A stretch of 63,071 bases of DNA, filler included, from Octopus bimaculoides (taxonomy: Eukaryota): assembly GCF_001194135.2 (NCBI RefSeq). It is 4 parts of 4 records of this genome, joined end to end, with 100 filler letters (N's around TTAATTAATTAA, not from the genome) between each part and the next. Parts side by side here need not be neighbours in the genome. Positions count along the whole stretch, not along the records: positions 1 to 24,881 come from NC_068987.1; 3 more parts are not named here. One strand, written 5' to 3'. The notes beneath the pieces are model-generated. The model saw only the letters and a list, made by a program, of their open reading frames with translations. It was not told the origin of the DNA and did not search any database. The translations under genes and the position numbers were made by a program. Below, in pieces: positions 11,333 through 22,907 of the stretch. The stretch's first letter is position 1. Each line of letters begins with the position of its first letter.

Positions 11333-11949
11333 ACTATTATTATGATTATTATTATTATTTGTAGCAGCAACTTTAATGCAATTGCAATCTGGTAAGTATG
11401 TCACAGAGGAGACTTTTCTTTCCTCCATGGATTTGCAGCAGCAACAACAACAGCTACAACAACAATAACACCATCAACACCATTAGCATCAAGCTCTTGA
11501 ACATGCTAATACTTATACAGTAAATTTAGTGCACATACATGTTGCGGACAGAGATTTCAGAAGCATTTAACACATATTTATCATAACAACAAAGTATACA
11601 CTCATAGACATGCAAGCACGCACACACACACACACACACACACCACCCCACACCACATCACAAAAACATACACATTGTTGAATTTATGATTTATGCCTAT
11701 ATTTGGTTGCATAAATGTTGAAAAATCTGTACATTTCTCTCTACCAAATCCTGTCACGAAGCTGTTATTGGCCTGAGCTATAGTAGAAGACATTCACCAA
11801 ACATACTATGCAGTAGGTATAACATGGTTTGAATATGAGGCCATATGGTTTGGAAAGCAAGTTTCTCGACTACATGGCTACTCCTGCCCCTATGAATATG
11901 TATTGTATACATACATACAAACACGTGCACACACACACACACAAGGCCT

Positions 11950-12130
11950 CATCATCCTCATCATTATTTAATGATAGTCTTCCATGTTGGCATGGGTTGG
12001 ACAGTTTGACAAGAGCCGGCCAGCCAGAGAGCTACCATGGCTTTGTTTGTCTGTTTGGCATGGATTTTATGGTTGGATGTCCTCCCTAACACCAACCACA
12101 TTACCAAGTGTGCTGGGTACTTTCTATACA
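11950..12130 (-). mobile_element. Repeat family C, degraded
   Basis: CCATGTTGGCATGGGTTGGACAG...GTTGGATGTCCTCCCTAACACCAACCAC. Confidence 0.6.
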
Positions 12131-12851
12131 ATCAAGCATTAAAGAATTATTCTTAAAAGCAAATGCATGCACATGGATACATACCCATAAATATAGGGAA
12201 AAAAACATGCAAAGACTCATACACACATATACATAAATATATGCAAACATACATGACAATGTACAGTAATTCATTCTAAAAAACAAAGATATGACCACAC
12301 AGACACACACCTGCATACATAGATACAAAACAATGAAATTTCAAACAGATATATATATATATATNNNNNNNNNNNNNNNNNNNNNNNNNNNNNNNNNNNN
12401 NNNNNNNNNNNNNNNNNNNNNNNNNNNNNNNNNNNNNNNNNNNNNNNNNNNNNNNNNNNNNNNNNNNNNNNNNNNNTATATATATACATATATATATGTA
12501 TATATGCTCAGTGATGTAATTAGGTGTTTGTATGTAGACTTAGATATATATACATACACACAAAGGAATATTAGTTTCAAATTTTGTCATATGCCCAGCA
12601 ATTCTGAGGGAAGGAGTAAGTCAATTACATCAATCCTAGTGATCAAATGATATTTATTTTATGAACTCTGCAAAAGATAAAAGGTAAAGTTGACCTTGTT
12701 GAAATATGAACTCAGAATTATTTTACAGTGCACCCAGTAGTGGAGGTCTTGGTTCAGTTATTGCAGGGTTTTGAAGAGTGTTGAACCAACTCTTAGTAAC
12801 TATTGTTCCCACATCTTCTATGACTTGAAGTAGTAGCACCTGTCAGAGTGT

Positions 12852-13097
12852 GGAGGAGCATGGCTTAGTGGTTTAGGCGTTGGACTTATGATCGTGAGAT
12901 TGTGGTTTCAGTTCCTGAACTGGGTGATGTGCTGTGTTCTTGAGCAAAGCACTTCATTTCACGTTGCTCCAGTTCACTCAGATGGCAAAAATGAGTAATC
13001 CTATGACAGACCAGTGTCCCATCCAGGTAGGGAATTTATATACCAAGAAACCAGCTTTTATGAGTTAGTATGACTTGAGAAGGTAACTTTACCTTTA
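12852..13097 (+). mobile_element. SINE family D (tRNA-derived)
   Basis: A-box TGGCTTAGTGG and B-box-like GGTTTCAGTTCC, then TTCTTGAGCAAAGCACT (CORE-like). Confidence 0.75.
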
Positions 13098-13628
13098 ACC
13101 TGTCAGGGTTTTGGATATGTGTAAATTAGCATGTTATGGGAGAAACTCCAAGTACAAACCCTTACTGCCTTCTAAGTGCCGTGGGAAAAGAAAAGGTAAG
13201 GAGTGTCAACCTTGACAGCAAATCAAGGAGTGAAGTCCCTCGGATGGTATATTAACCTCTTTGACACTCTTCTAGCGACTCCATGGTAGGTAGAGCTCTC
13301 CAACTCAGAAGGATATGGCCACTCCAATGTAAAGCTTACAGCTTGCTGGTCACCACAGCTGTCTTAGCCCATTGAACCATTTTGGTCAGACACCCAAGTC
13401 TAAAGAATGGAATCAGATTGTGTGGATGGATTCTCATTTTAAAACTACTTTGTGCAGGCAGGGGAATAAAAAAAAGCTCTGCAACATCAAAGATCAGTTT
13501 ACATAACCGCTTGCAGGTGTGCTGCCCTGCCTTGTGATCTGCAGATATGCAGAAATAGCCATCATCAATTTATATACATAAATATTTGTAGATAGAGAGA
13601 GAGAGGGAGAGAGAGGAAGAGAAAGGGA

Positions 13629-13704
<76 letters not shown>

Positions 13705-13802
13705 CACAAATGTATTCATATGTGCATAAAATGCATGCATATACACTGTATAAAACACACAAATCATAAATACACACACACATATATACATATGCATATA
13801 CA

Positions 13803-13862
<60 letters not shown>

Positions 13863-14261
13863 TATGTGCTGGTGTGTAATGTGAGTGTGTGTACAAAACA
13901 GTATAAAACACACATATATACATATGTACGTACCTACCTGAATGTATACTAACACAAACACAAAAATAGACAAATCATGCCGCTAAAATAAACAACAAAA
14001 AAAACCTATAAAAAATATCACTGAAAAGAGGAAATCTCCCCTCCCCCCCTTTCACAGAGAATAACAAAAATGCCAAGAGAAATATTCTCACATAAACCTT
14101 TATTAGACACAAAATATGTCTAACGGTTTATTTGTGAAAAAAATGTTCGAAAGACTAAAATGTTTATTGGCTACTGGTTAGCTTGTAGTAAAACTGGTTC
14201 AACTAGTGAACAACCATTTTAGTGGTATATCAAGTGATATTAATTTCATCATCATTATCAT

Positions 14262-14520
14262 CATCATCATCATTGTTTTAACGAAAACTTTTCCATGCTG
14301 GCATAGGTGAGATGGACTTTATTGTCGCAAATTTTCTATGGTAAGATGCTCTTCCTTTCACCAACCCTCACCTCTTTTCCAACTGACACTGTATTTCTCC
14401 ATGACCTAACATGTTTTAACGGAAGACTGAAAATGATGACACTGCTTGTATGACAGTGAAACTCGTTTACAACAATTATGTGATGACTAGACAAGGAGAC
14501 ACAAACACACAGATACTCAC
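14262..14520 (-). mobile_element. RTE-tailed repeat related to family C
   Basis: (CAT)n-TTGTTTTAACG...TTCCATGCTGGCATAGG...GATGCTCTTCCTTTCACCAACC resembles the family C tail. Confidence 0.55.
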
Positions 14521-14537
14521 TATACATTTGTATTTAG

Positions 14538-14575
<38 letters not shown>

Positions 14576-14622
14576 GCACGCACATACGCACAACACGCGC
14601 ATGCAAATAATCAATATGTATT

Positions 14623-14657
<35 letters not shown>

Positions 14658-14774
14658 TTAGTGTAGGAGTTTATTAGTTATCTTGTTACTCAATTATTGA
14701 TGGAGTTGATCATAACTCAATGCATTGTTTGCCCAGTCAAATCCTGAGTTTATAAACAAGCATAACCCAGTTAA

Positions 14775-14817
<43 letters not shown>

Positions 14818-14933
14818 TTGCATGTATGTATGTAAGTATGTAGGTATGTATGTGTGCATGTATGTGTGTATGTATGTATATATGTATATATATATATGTA
14901 TGTGTATATATATATATATATATATGTATTTAC

Positions 14934-14985
<52 letters not shown>

Positions 14986-15607
14986 NNNNNNNNNNNNNNN
15001 NNNNNNNNNNNNNNNNNNNNNNNNNNNNNNNNNNNNNNNNNNNNNNNNNNNNNNNNNNNNNNNNNNNNNNNNNNNNNNNNNNNNNNNNNNNNNNNNNNNN
15101 NNNNNNNNNNNNNNNNNNNNNNNNNNNNNNNNNNNNNNNNNNNNNNNNNNNNNNNNNNNNNNNNNNNNNNNNNNNNNNNNNNNNNNNNNNNNNNNNNNNN
15201 NNNNNNNNNNNNNNNNNNNNNNNNNNNNNNNNNNNNNNNNNNNNNNNNNNNNNNNNNNNNNNNNNNNNNNNNNNNNNNNNNNNNNNNNNNNNNNNNNNNN
15301 NNNNNNNNNNNNNNNNNNNNNNNNNNNNNNNNNNNNNNNNNNNNNNNNNNNNNNNNNNNNNNNNNNNNNNNNNNNNNNNNNNNNNNNNNNNNNNNNNNNN
15401 NNNNNNNNNNNNNNNNNNNNNNNNNNNNNNNNNNNNNNNNNNNNNNNNNNNNNNNNNNNNNNNNNNNNNNNNNNNNNNNNNNNNNNNNNNNNNNNNNNNN
15501 NNNNNNNNNNNNNNNNNNNNNNNNNNNNNNNNNNNNNNNNNNNNNNNNNNNNNNNNNNNNNNNNNNNNNNNNNNNNNNNNNNNNNNNNNNNNNNNNNNNN
15601 NNNNNNN

Positions 15608-15666
<59 letters not shown>

Positions 15667-16239
15667 ACGATTACACGATGGTGGAGATTTTGATGGAGAT
15701 GCGGTAACAAATGACGTGTAATTGTTTATCTCAAATACCCTCAGAGAGCGATCCACCCACTTCAGCTCCAGACTGGATGAAATATTTCACCGGTTCGCTT
15801 TAAATACAGAACTGCTTTTCTTTTAATCGACATTAACGGTTGTATTATTTATATTTAAAAACCCAAATCACGGCGTAGCTGTGGTCAACTTTGCTTTCAA
15901 ATTTCCGGGTTCGATAAAATGAGTACTAATGAAGTACTGGATCGATGGAATCAATTCTTCTGTTCCACCCACAAAAGTAATGGCTTTGTCTTGCATGATG
16001 GCAGAATCATAAGTGTTGGAGGAGAAACAAGACAGAGCTTTACGGTATATGTTCCGGCTCCTTACATTCTGAGTTCAAACTTCACCATGGGTAATTTCAT
16101 ATTTCCGCGGTCTTTAAAACACAGTACCAGTCAAGTACTGGAGTCTACAATACTGAGTAATCACCACACCTTCCCTAAAAATTGTTGGTCTTGTGTCCAG
16201 CTGGAATCGCTAAGTACACCAGACGAAATGCTTGCTTAC

Positions 16240-16910
16240 TAGTAAATGCGACAGCATCAGTCGGTGGAGGTGGGGAGCCGGCTCCGACCAACGAGTTTAC
16301 CACGTCCCTCACAAATGTTGACTATATCCAACGTCCAACTTTCAAATTTGACAAATGCCCAACCGGGAGAACAAATGCGACAAATAGCGCGGACATCGTA
16401 GCCATAGTCGTTATTTGCTGTTGAGGTGTGAAGTTCATGTTCAGAGTTCCAGTGGGAATACAAGTTTATATAAGATCCCCGGCCACCTGCATATAGACTT
16501 TGCGATAGTGTGATCCATAGCAGCTCATCTTACCGTCAATTGTCGCAGAGGATTCGCTGTCCAAATCACTGCCCATTATCGGAGCGGGTTTGAAGCAGGT
16601 TCTAGGGAGATGATTTAACAAAAGCTAAGGGTCGCCTGACACACAGTGGTCTTCCAGCACACTGGACACCAACACCGAATTTCTGAGTGCCCTTGCTATT
16701 AGTAGATAGTTGTTGAACCTGCAGTAGATTCACCCGTCCTTTTGACAGGTCTTGTTTTTAGTCCTGCTAGGTTTCTAGCAACCCTCCTCACAAGGCAAAT
16801 AGTGGGGTTGCCGGTGTAGTCGCCAACGACCTGACCATGCAGTAGGTTGTTTCCAGTCCTTTACATTATTGGTTCAAGACCTTGTGAAGTCATCTTTGCT
16901 GTGCACACTC
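16240..16910 (-). mobile_element. Possible RTE-type LINE 5' end (UTR plus start of APE domain), degraded
   Basis: Minus strand near 16350 reads LKVG.W... then GRGKLV...D*CC, weakly resembling LRVGTLNV..L.GR.GE.V...D.CC.QE. Confidence 0.3.
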
Positions 16911-17096
16911 CAGACCTGATAAAATAAAATATCAATTGAGAGCTGGTATTGATTTAATCGATCAATACACCCCTTCCTCAAATATGTAGTCTTGTGCCTC
17001 TGACAGAAATTCATCAGTCATGTACTGCAGTCGATGTAATCGCTTAACCCTAACCCCTTCCTGAGCCTAAATTTGAAACGACTATCATCATTATTA

Positions 17097-17304
17097 CGTC
17101 CAGAACGCGTCTGGCTATTGGCTGAATCCATTGTGAAGATCCCATCGCCTTCCTTTGGCCGGGAAGAATAGTTAGATGCTTTATCTGGTGGCCTGAGCAA
17201 AAGAGGTTGTGTTATGGATGAGATCGAAAGGGCTTTGAAAGACATCTTTCTCTTTGGCCAAGCCTTACAAACTCCTCAATACTTTTGAGAACTCTTAGAG
17301 AAAA

Positions 17305-17306
<2 letters not shown>
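17097..17306 (+). pseudogene. L1/Tx1-type LINE ORF2 C-terminal fragment
   Basis: ERVWLLAESIVKIPSPS, then after a frameshift LYLVA*AKEVVLWMRSKGL. Homologous to 56160-56600 (ESVMTIASP...QKVVWWTRLKE). Clade assignment is inference. Confidence 0.5.
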
Positions 17307-17367
<61 letters not shown>

Positions 17368-17829
17368 CAAGTGAGAGAGCAGTGCATACCATCAAAGTGA
17401 TACTGGGATACAACTAAACGAAGCTCAATATACTCATCATGACTACTCGTCTAATAAGTGTACAAAGGTACATGCATCACAATCATATGTGCGTGACATG
17501 ATAATCTCATATCAAGATAAACAACGCATGATCTTGCAGGTGGGATCCAGTTAGAATTTTCTTCGGGTCGAGTAGCCCATCCCGCTCAAATGGTCCTTGA
17601 ATAAAGTTTGTTTAAGGATGATGAACGAAACACTCATGTTTCCAGAGGTGAATTATTCAAACTCCAAAGAATTCCTCTCAACACATGGCTATGCTCTTGA
17701 TCAGAGAGGTGCATATCGTCAGCTACCAAGGGACATACTCAACTAGTTAAGGTTAAGCAACTGACAAGCAAATCCGTGGTATTGAGCAGAATATTAACTG
17801 TAGCCCATCTTTTATACCGAGACAAAACA
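17368..17829. repeat. Unclassified ~460-bp interspersed element embedded in (TTA)n
   Basis: Complex sequence AGTGAGAGAGCAGTGCATACC...TTATACCGAGACAAAAC with (TTA)n on both sides. I recognise it as a recurrent octopus repeat. Confidence 0.55.
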
Positions 17830-17867
17830 TTATTATTATTATTATTGTAAACCCTTGTGGTTAATAA

Positions 17868-17870
17868 AGA

Positions 17871-17965
<95 letters not shown>

Positions 17966-17978
17966 CAATAATAATAAC

Positions 17979-18074
<96 letters not shown>

Positions 18075-18582
18075 TAATAATAATAATAATAATAATTAAT
18101 AATTATTAATAATAATAATAATAATAATAATAATTATTATNNNNNNNNNNNNNNNNNNNNNNNNNNNNNNNNNNNNNNNNNNNNNNNNNNNNNNNNNNNN
18201 NNNNNNNNNNNNNNNNNNNNNNNNNNNNNNNNNNNNNNNNNNNNNNNNNNNNNNNNNNNNNNNNNNNNNNNNNNNNNNNNNNNNNNNNNNNNNNNNNNNN
18301 NNNNNNNNNNNNNNNNNNNNNNNNNNNNNNNNNNNNNNNNNNNNNNNNNNNNNNNNNNNNNNNNNNNNNNNNNNNNNNNNNNNNNNNNNNNNNNNNNNNN
18401 NNNNNNNNNNNNNNNNNNNNNNNNNNNNNNNNNNNNNNNNNNNNNNNNNNNNNNNNNNNNNNNNNNNNNNNNNNNNNNNNNNNNNNNNNNNNNNNNNNNN
18501 NNNNNNNNNNNNNNNNNNNNNNNNNNNNNNNNNNNNNNNNNNNNNNNNNNNNNNNNNNNNNNNNNNNNNNNNNNNNNNNNNN

Positions 18583-18648
<66 letters not shown>

Positions 18649-18666
18649 GTTGTTATTATTATTATT
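17868..18666. repeat. (AAT)n / (ATT)n microsatellite arrays around a gap
   Basis: Seen directly; orientation flips at ~18133. Confidence 0.95.
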
Positions 18667-18668
18667 AA

Positions 18669-18976
18669 GACGGCAAGCTGGTAGAATTGTTAGTACACTA
18701 GATGAAATGCTTAGCGGTATTTTGTCTGTCGCTACGTTCTGAGTTCAAATTCCGCCGAGGTCGACTTTGCGTTTCATCCATTCCCCTCCTCCCAAATGTT
18801 AGGCCTTGTGCCTTTAGTAGAAAGGATTATTATTACTTTTCTTATACCGCCAAGGTCGACTTTACCATTCATCCTTTTGGAGTCGATAAAATGAGTACCA
18901 GTCGAGTACTGGAATCAATGTAATCGGCTATCCCCCCTCCACCAAAATTTCAGGCCTTGTGCCTATAGAAGAAAGG
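18669..18976 (+). mobile_element. SINE family B with a second partial copy in tandem
   Basis: GACGGCAAGCTGGTAGAATTG...GAGTTCAAATTCCGCCGAGGTCGAC; the body restarts at ~18848. Confidence 0.8.
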
Positions 18977-19183
18977 ATTATTATTATTATTAGTGATTGT
19001 TTTACTAGTAGTAGTAATAGTAGTAACCGCAGTAACCTCTTTTCTCTAAATCGGCCTTGGCCTATTTTATCGCTGTACCGCAGCAGTAAAAAGAGAAAAA
19101 AAATCCCTGCTCCTCCCATCACCACTCCGCCATTTAGCAGTAACAGCAGCAGCAGCGACGTTACTACAACCGCGATCCACTCC

Positions 19184-19227
<44 letters not shown>

Positions 19228-19569
19228 GCTACTAATCATCGTGATAATAATAATAAAACAGGGCTAGTATAGAAGTGGGCGTGGCAGTGGAGATATGTGA
19301 TGTCAGTGAAGGGGGACTTTGAACTGTGTGCTTGTGTGTGTGTGTGAATAAATATTGTTGTCTGTGAAATGGTTTGTTAAGAAGAGCGGTGGTAGTGGTG
19401 GTGGGTGCGGTGGTAATGGTGACGGTGACGGTGTCTAGATTACGTCGCTGCTTACGAAACCGGTCGCATTTTTTCCTTCTTTCCTCTTAACACTTATTCA
19501 AAGTTTAACCTTCAATGAATGGCCCGCGCAAATATATACTGACACATACGCGCGCGCGCGCGGTCACGC

Positions 19570-19608
<39 letters not shown>

Positions 19609-19789
19609 TGTGTGTATGTGTGTGTAACCAATATCTAACCAAGGAAGTTGAACGCGTTTATAGCAAATTATGAATGCACTACATACTGTATACATAGATT
19701 TAAAACTATTTGATAACATACAACGAGATTCTACCATGACTAAATAGTACTGGTTTTGGTGATGGTGAAGGTCTTACAATTGTATCACA

Positions 19790-19918
19790 TTTATAATAGA
19801 ATACTAATGAAAGTGACTTCAAAGTTTCGGGCAGCTAAACCATCATCAGACTATGCAATGATGGCTTAACTGGCCGAAACTTCGAAGTTTGTGTCAATAC
19901 TATTCTTCTTAATATGTG
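19790..19918. ncRNA. Head-to-head pair of degenerate minimal hammerhead-ribozyme motifs (Penelope type)
   Basis: Minus strand: CTGATGA-T-GGtttagctgcCC-GAAA-C-tttgaa-GTC. Plus strand: (gcaATGA)-T-GGCttaactgGCC-GAAA-C-ttcgaa-GTT. The arms form an imperfect inverted repeat. Confidence 0.5.
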
Positions 19919-19940
19919 TGTGTGTATGCATGTGTGTGCA

Positions 19941-19979
<39 letters not shown>

Positions 19980-20016
19980 CAAATACGTCCTCCTCGATTA
20001 ACACATAGATAAATAT

Positions 20017-20229
20017 TAGTTTCAAATTCTGGCACAAGGCCAGCAAATTTGGAGGCGGGGATAAGTCGACTGGTACTTATCAGTTCAACTGGTACCTATT
20101 TTATCGACTTCGAAAGGATGAAAGGCAAAGTCGACCTCGGTGGAATTTGAACTCAGAACATAAAGACAGACGAAATGCCGCTAAGTATTTTGCCCGGTAT
20201 GCTTAAGGATTCTGCCAGCTCGTTGCCTT
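20017..20229 (-). mobile_element. SINE family B
   Basis: CGAAAGGATGAAAGGCAAAGTCGACCTCGGTGGAATTTGAACTCAG...GCCAGCTCG. Confidence 0.85.
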
Positions 20230-20543
20230 ACATACAACTATACTTGTTTCAGTCATTTGACTGCGGCCATGTTNNNNNNNNNNNNNNNNNNNNNNNNNNN
20301 NNNNNNNNNNNNNNNNNNNNNNNNNNNNNNNNNNNNNNNNNNNNNNNNNNNNNNNNNNNNNNNNNNNNNNNNNNNNNNNNNNNNNNNNNNNNNNNNNNNN
20401 NNNNNNNNNNNNNNNNNNNNNNNNNNNNNNNNNNNNNNNNNNNNNNNNNNNNNNNNNNNNNNNNNNNNNNNNNNNNNNNNNNNNNNNNNNNNNNNNNNNN
20501 NNNNNNNNNNNNNNNNNNNNNNNNNNNNNNNNNNNNNNNNNNN

Positions 20544-20585
<42 letters not shown>

Positions 20586-20821
20586 GACACACATACACAT
20601 GAAAAGGACCAACAGCTGTCTGGATTTTACTTTCGCCTTCCATCATACACATATATACCGTTAGTCTTAGAAACAAACACACATATGCATTCATCCTTCT
20701 CTCCTGGTATCCACTCATATGCCTATATATACTTATCAACCTATATACATATATATACAACACACACACACATGCATGCATGCGTGATGTATATGTATAT
20801 GAACGTGTGTCCATGTGTGTA

Positions 20822-20961
20822 CACTAGCGTAGCTGGTGGTGGGGGGTCTGTAAGGGCTGCACTTTTCATCCTGTTGTAGGCTATTGCTGTAGGCAATGTG
20901 TTTTTTGTGGGGTCCAGGGACGGCAAACGGAAGGGCGGCACACACTCTTGCTACGCTAGTG
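20822..20961. mobile_element. 140-bp MITE (hAT-like TIR)
   Basis: Perfect 12-bp TIR CACTAGCGTAGC...GCTACGCTAGTG. The TSD cannot be resolved inside (TG)n. Confidence 0.65.
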
Positions 20962-21109
20962 CGTGTGTGTCTGTGTGGAAGAATATGCTTGTATATGTGT
21001 GTTTGAATGTAGACACACTCTCATGTATATATCTATATATTAATGTATCTATCTCTGTTTGCATAAATGACATTGCAAATGTCATCAAATATAGTTAAAT
21101 AAAATAGTT

Positions 21110-22140
21110 TCTAGACGAATTTATGCGCCAGAGAATCACCAGAGGAGTATATGACCGAACAAAAATCCAATCTGAGGTATATGCCGTAATTCGATGGTGG
21201 GTGGGGGGAATATGCTGCGAAGTGGGGTAAAATTCGGGATTATCCATTTTGAAAAAGCGAATAAAGTTTTAAGCAGCCAAATTCACTTTCCTTGGCAGAG
21301 TTTCCCGTAACATCCAATAACATTGGAGTCTTTGGTCTAACTGTGGATAACAAGATAAACTGAAGTGCACACAGCAACAATAAAGTCGAGATGGTTCGTA
21401 GAATGTGCTCACGGATCCTTAGAACTTTCCTGTCAAGAGATACTGATATCACCATCCTCTTCTTTTCCATATTTTTCTGGTCTTACTTTGTATATTGCTG
21501 CCCACTATGGTTTCCCTATAAATATGCCCATCACTAAGTGGGGGTGCACTGGAGGCACTACCCCCTCACTATATAATGGTGCACCCTCAGATTTAGAAAA
21601 TATAGTTTTTACAAAAATCTTCCTCCAATACAAACTGCTGCCCACCCAGAATATTCTTAAGTACCCACAGGCACCAAATCTGACGACGGATCTGCCTGCA
21701 GAGAACACAAGCATGAGAATTAAAGCAATGCAGACATCGATCACAAAAAGTACAAGTCATAACAGGCTTTGATTATTGGTATCACCTCAAAAACTCAAAC
21801 TTTACTCTCTCCGAAGCTGCCGTACGGGTTACATTATTTGTAGAATGGGAAAAATATTCCATCGATACAGTCCAAACGATGAATGGTATCAATTCTCTGA
21901 AGGTTTGGCCCCAGAGCCGTACGCCCTCAAATAAATTCGAGCTCACGTCACATGACAACATTGCTACACACTTTTTATTTTTCGACTCGACTGGTCCTGC
22001 TTTATTCAACATCACCCCAAAGGAAATCAAAGAAGAAAAGTATCTAAAAATATTTAAATAGTACTTGGACAAGAAATGATATCAGACAAGTCACCGACGC
22101 CCGAAAATATTTCGGCAAGCAGCAACTCCTTATTCCAGGG
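21110..22140 (+). pseudogene. CR1/Jockey-group LINE RT C-terminus and 3' region
   Basis: GVFGLTVDNKIN*SAH...RILRTFLSRD...YCCPLWFPYK; DYWYHLKKLKLYSLR; TGPALFNITPKEIK...IFK*YLDK...SSNSL. Frameshifted, with a ~170-bp interruption near 21530-21705. Confidence 0.8.
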
Positions 22141-22864
22141 GCTAAAATATGACTTAAAAGATATCTCTAAGTGATGTGGTTGAGTTAGGTATGATTTCAG
22201 CCAATAATGGCCAAAACATATACAAACTGTTTGGAGCACACAACACACACATTTGAAAATATGTGTGATGTGTATGTATGTATGTATGTATGTATGTATG
22301 TATGTATGTATGTATGTATGTATGCATGTATGTATGTATGTGTGCAGATTTGTATGTTTTGCGTTATGTATGTATTCTCATGCATATAGTTGCATATCTA
22401 GACATGCTTATCTATAGCTAAATGATAAACTTCTGAAAGTTTAACAGAGTTTTACAGTTCCAGTGATTGGATCTGTAGTCTTCGAATTAGCTTTCTCCTT
22501 TCTGGTTTTGAGAAGGCTAATTTCTCAAGATCGGTATTTAGGCAGTGTGTTACCTATCCCAGGTCCCGATAATTACAGGTATAAACCTGAACTTGTAATC
22601 TGAATGGAGCAACTGCAAATTTCTCAATAGTTCAGCGTAGGCATTCTCTGTTTCATATCAGTTGGGCAACTGATTTCCACAACTGCACAGTTTCTCTTCT
22701 CTATCCCAAATCATTATACCAGGTCTTACATTTTATTGAGGTCTTCACTGGGACATTCCACCAGTACCTCTTTTCATTGTGAGTGGCTATGGCTTCTATC
22801 ATACTGTGGGTTCTTATTTCTTTGTCCTCGGGGTTATCCTTCCGACGGATTTCATTATATATAT

Positions 22865-22899
<35 letters not shown>

Positions 22900-22907
22900 G
22901 CTTGTAT

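Noticed and set aside
11365-11391. 27-nt plus-strand micro-exon candidate (TTTGTAG|...CTG|GTAAGT)
   Set aside because: The donor is strong but the acceptor tract is only (TTA)n and the peptide is unrecognisable. Such matches are expected by chance; RNA-seq would be needed.
17045-17056. Telomere-like (TAACCC)2
   Set aside because: Only two units, within a degraded SINE B tail.
21365-21772. 135-aa ORF with SRWFVECAHG, resembling a Harbinger-type motif; minus-strand TGNSAK resembling a helicase motif
   Set aside because: Another plus frame gives a much longer, coherent CR1-group RT match.
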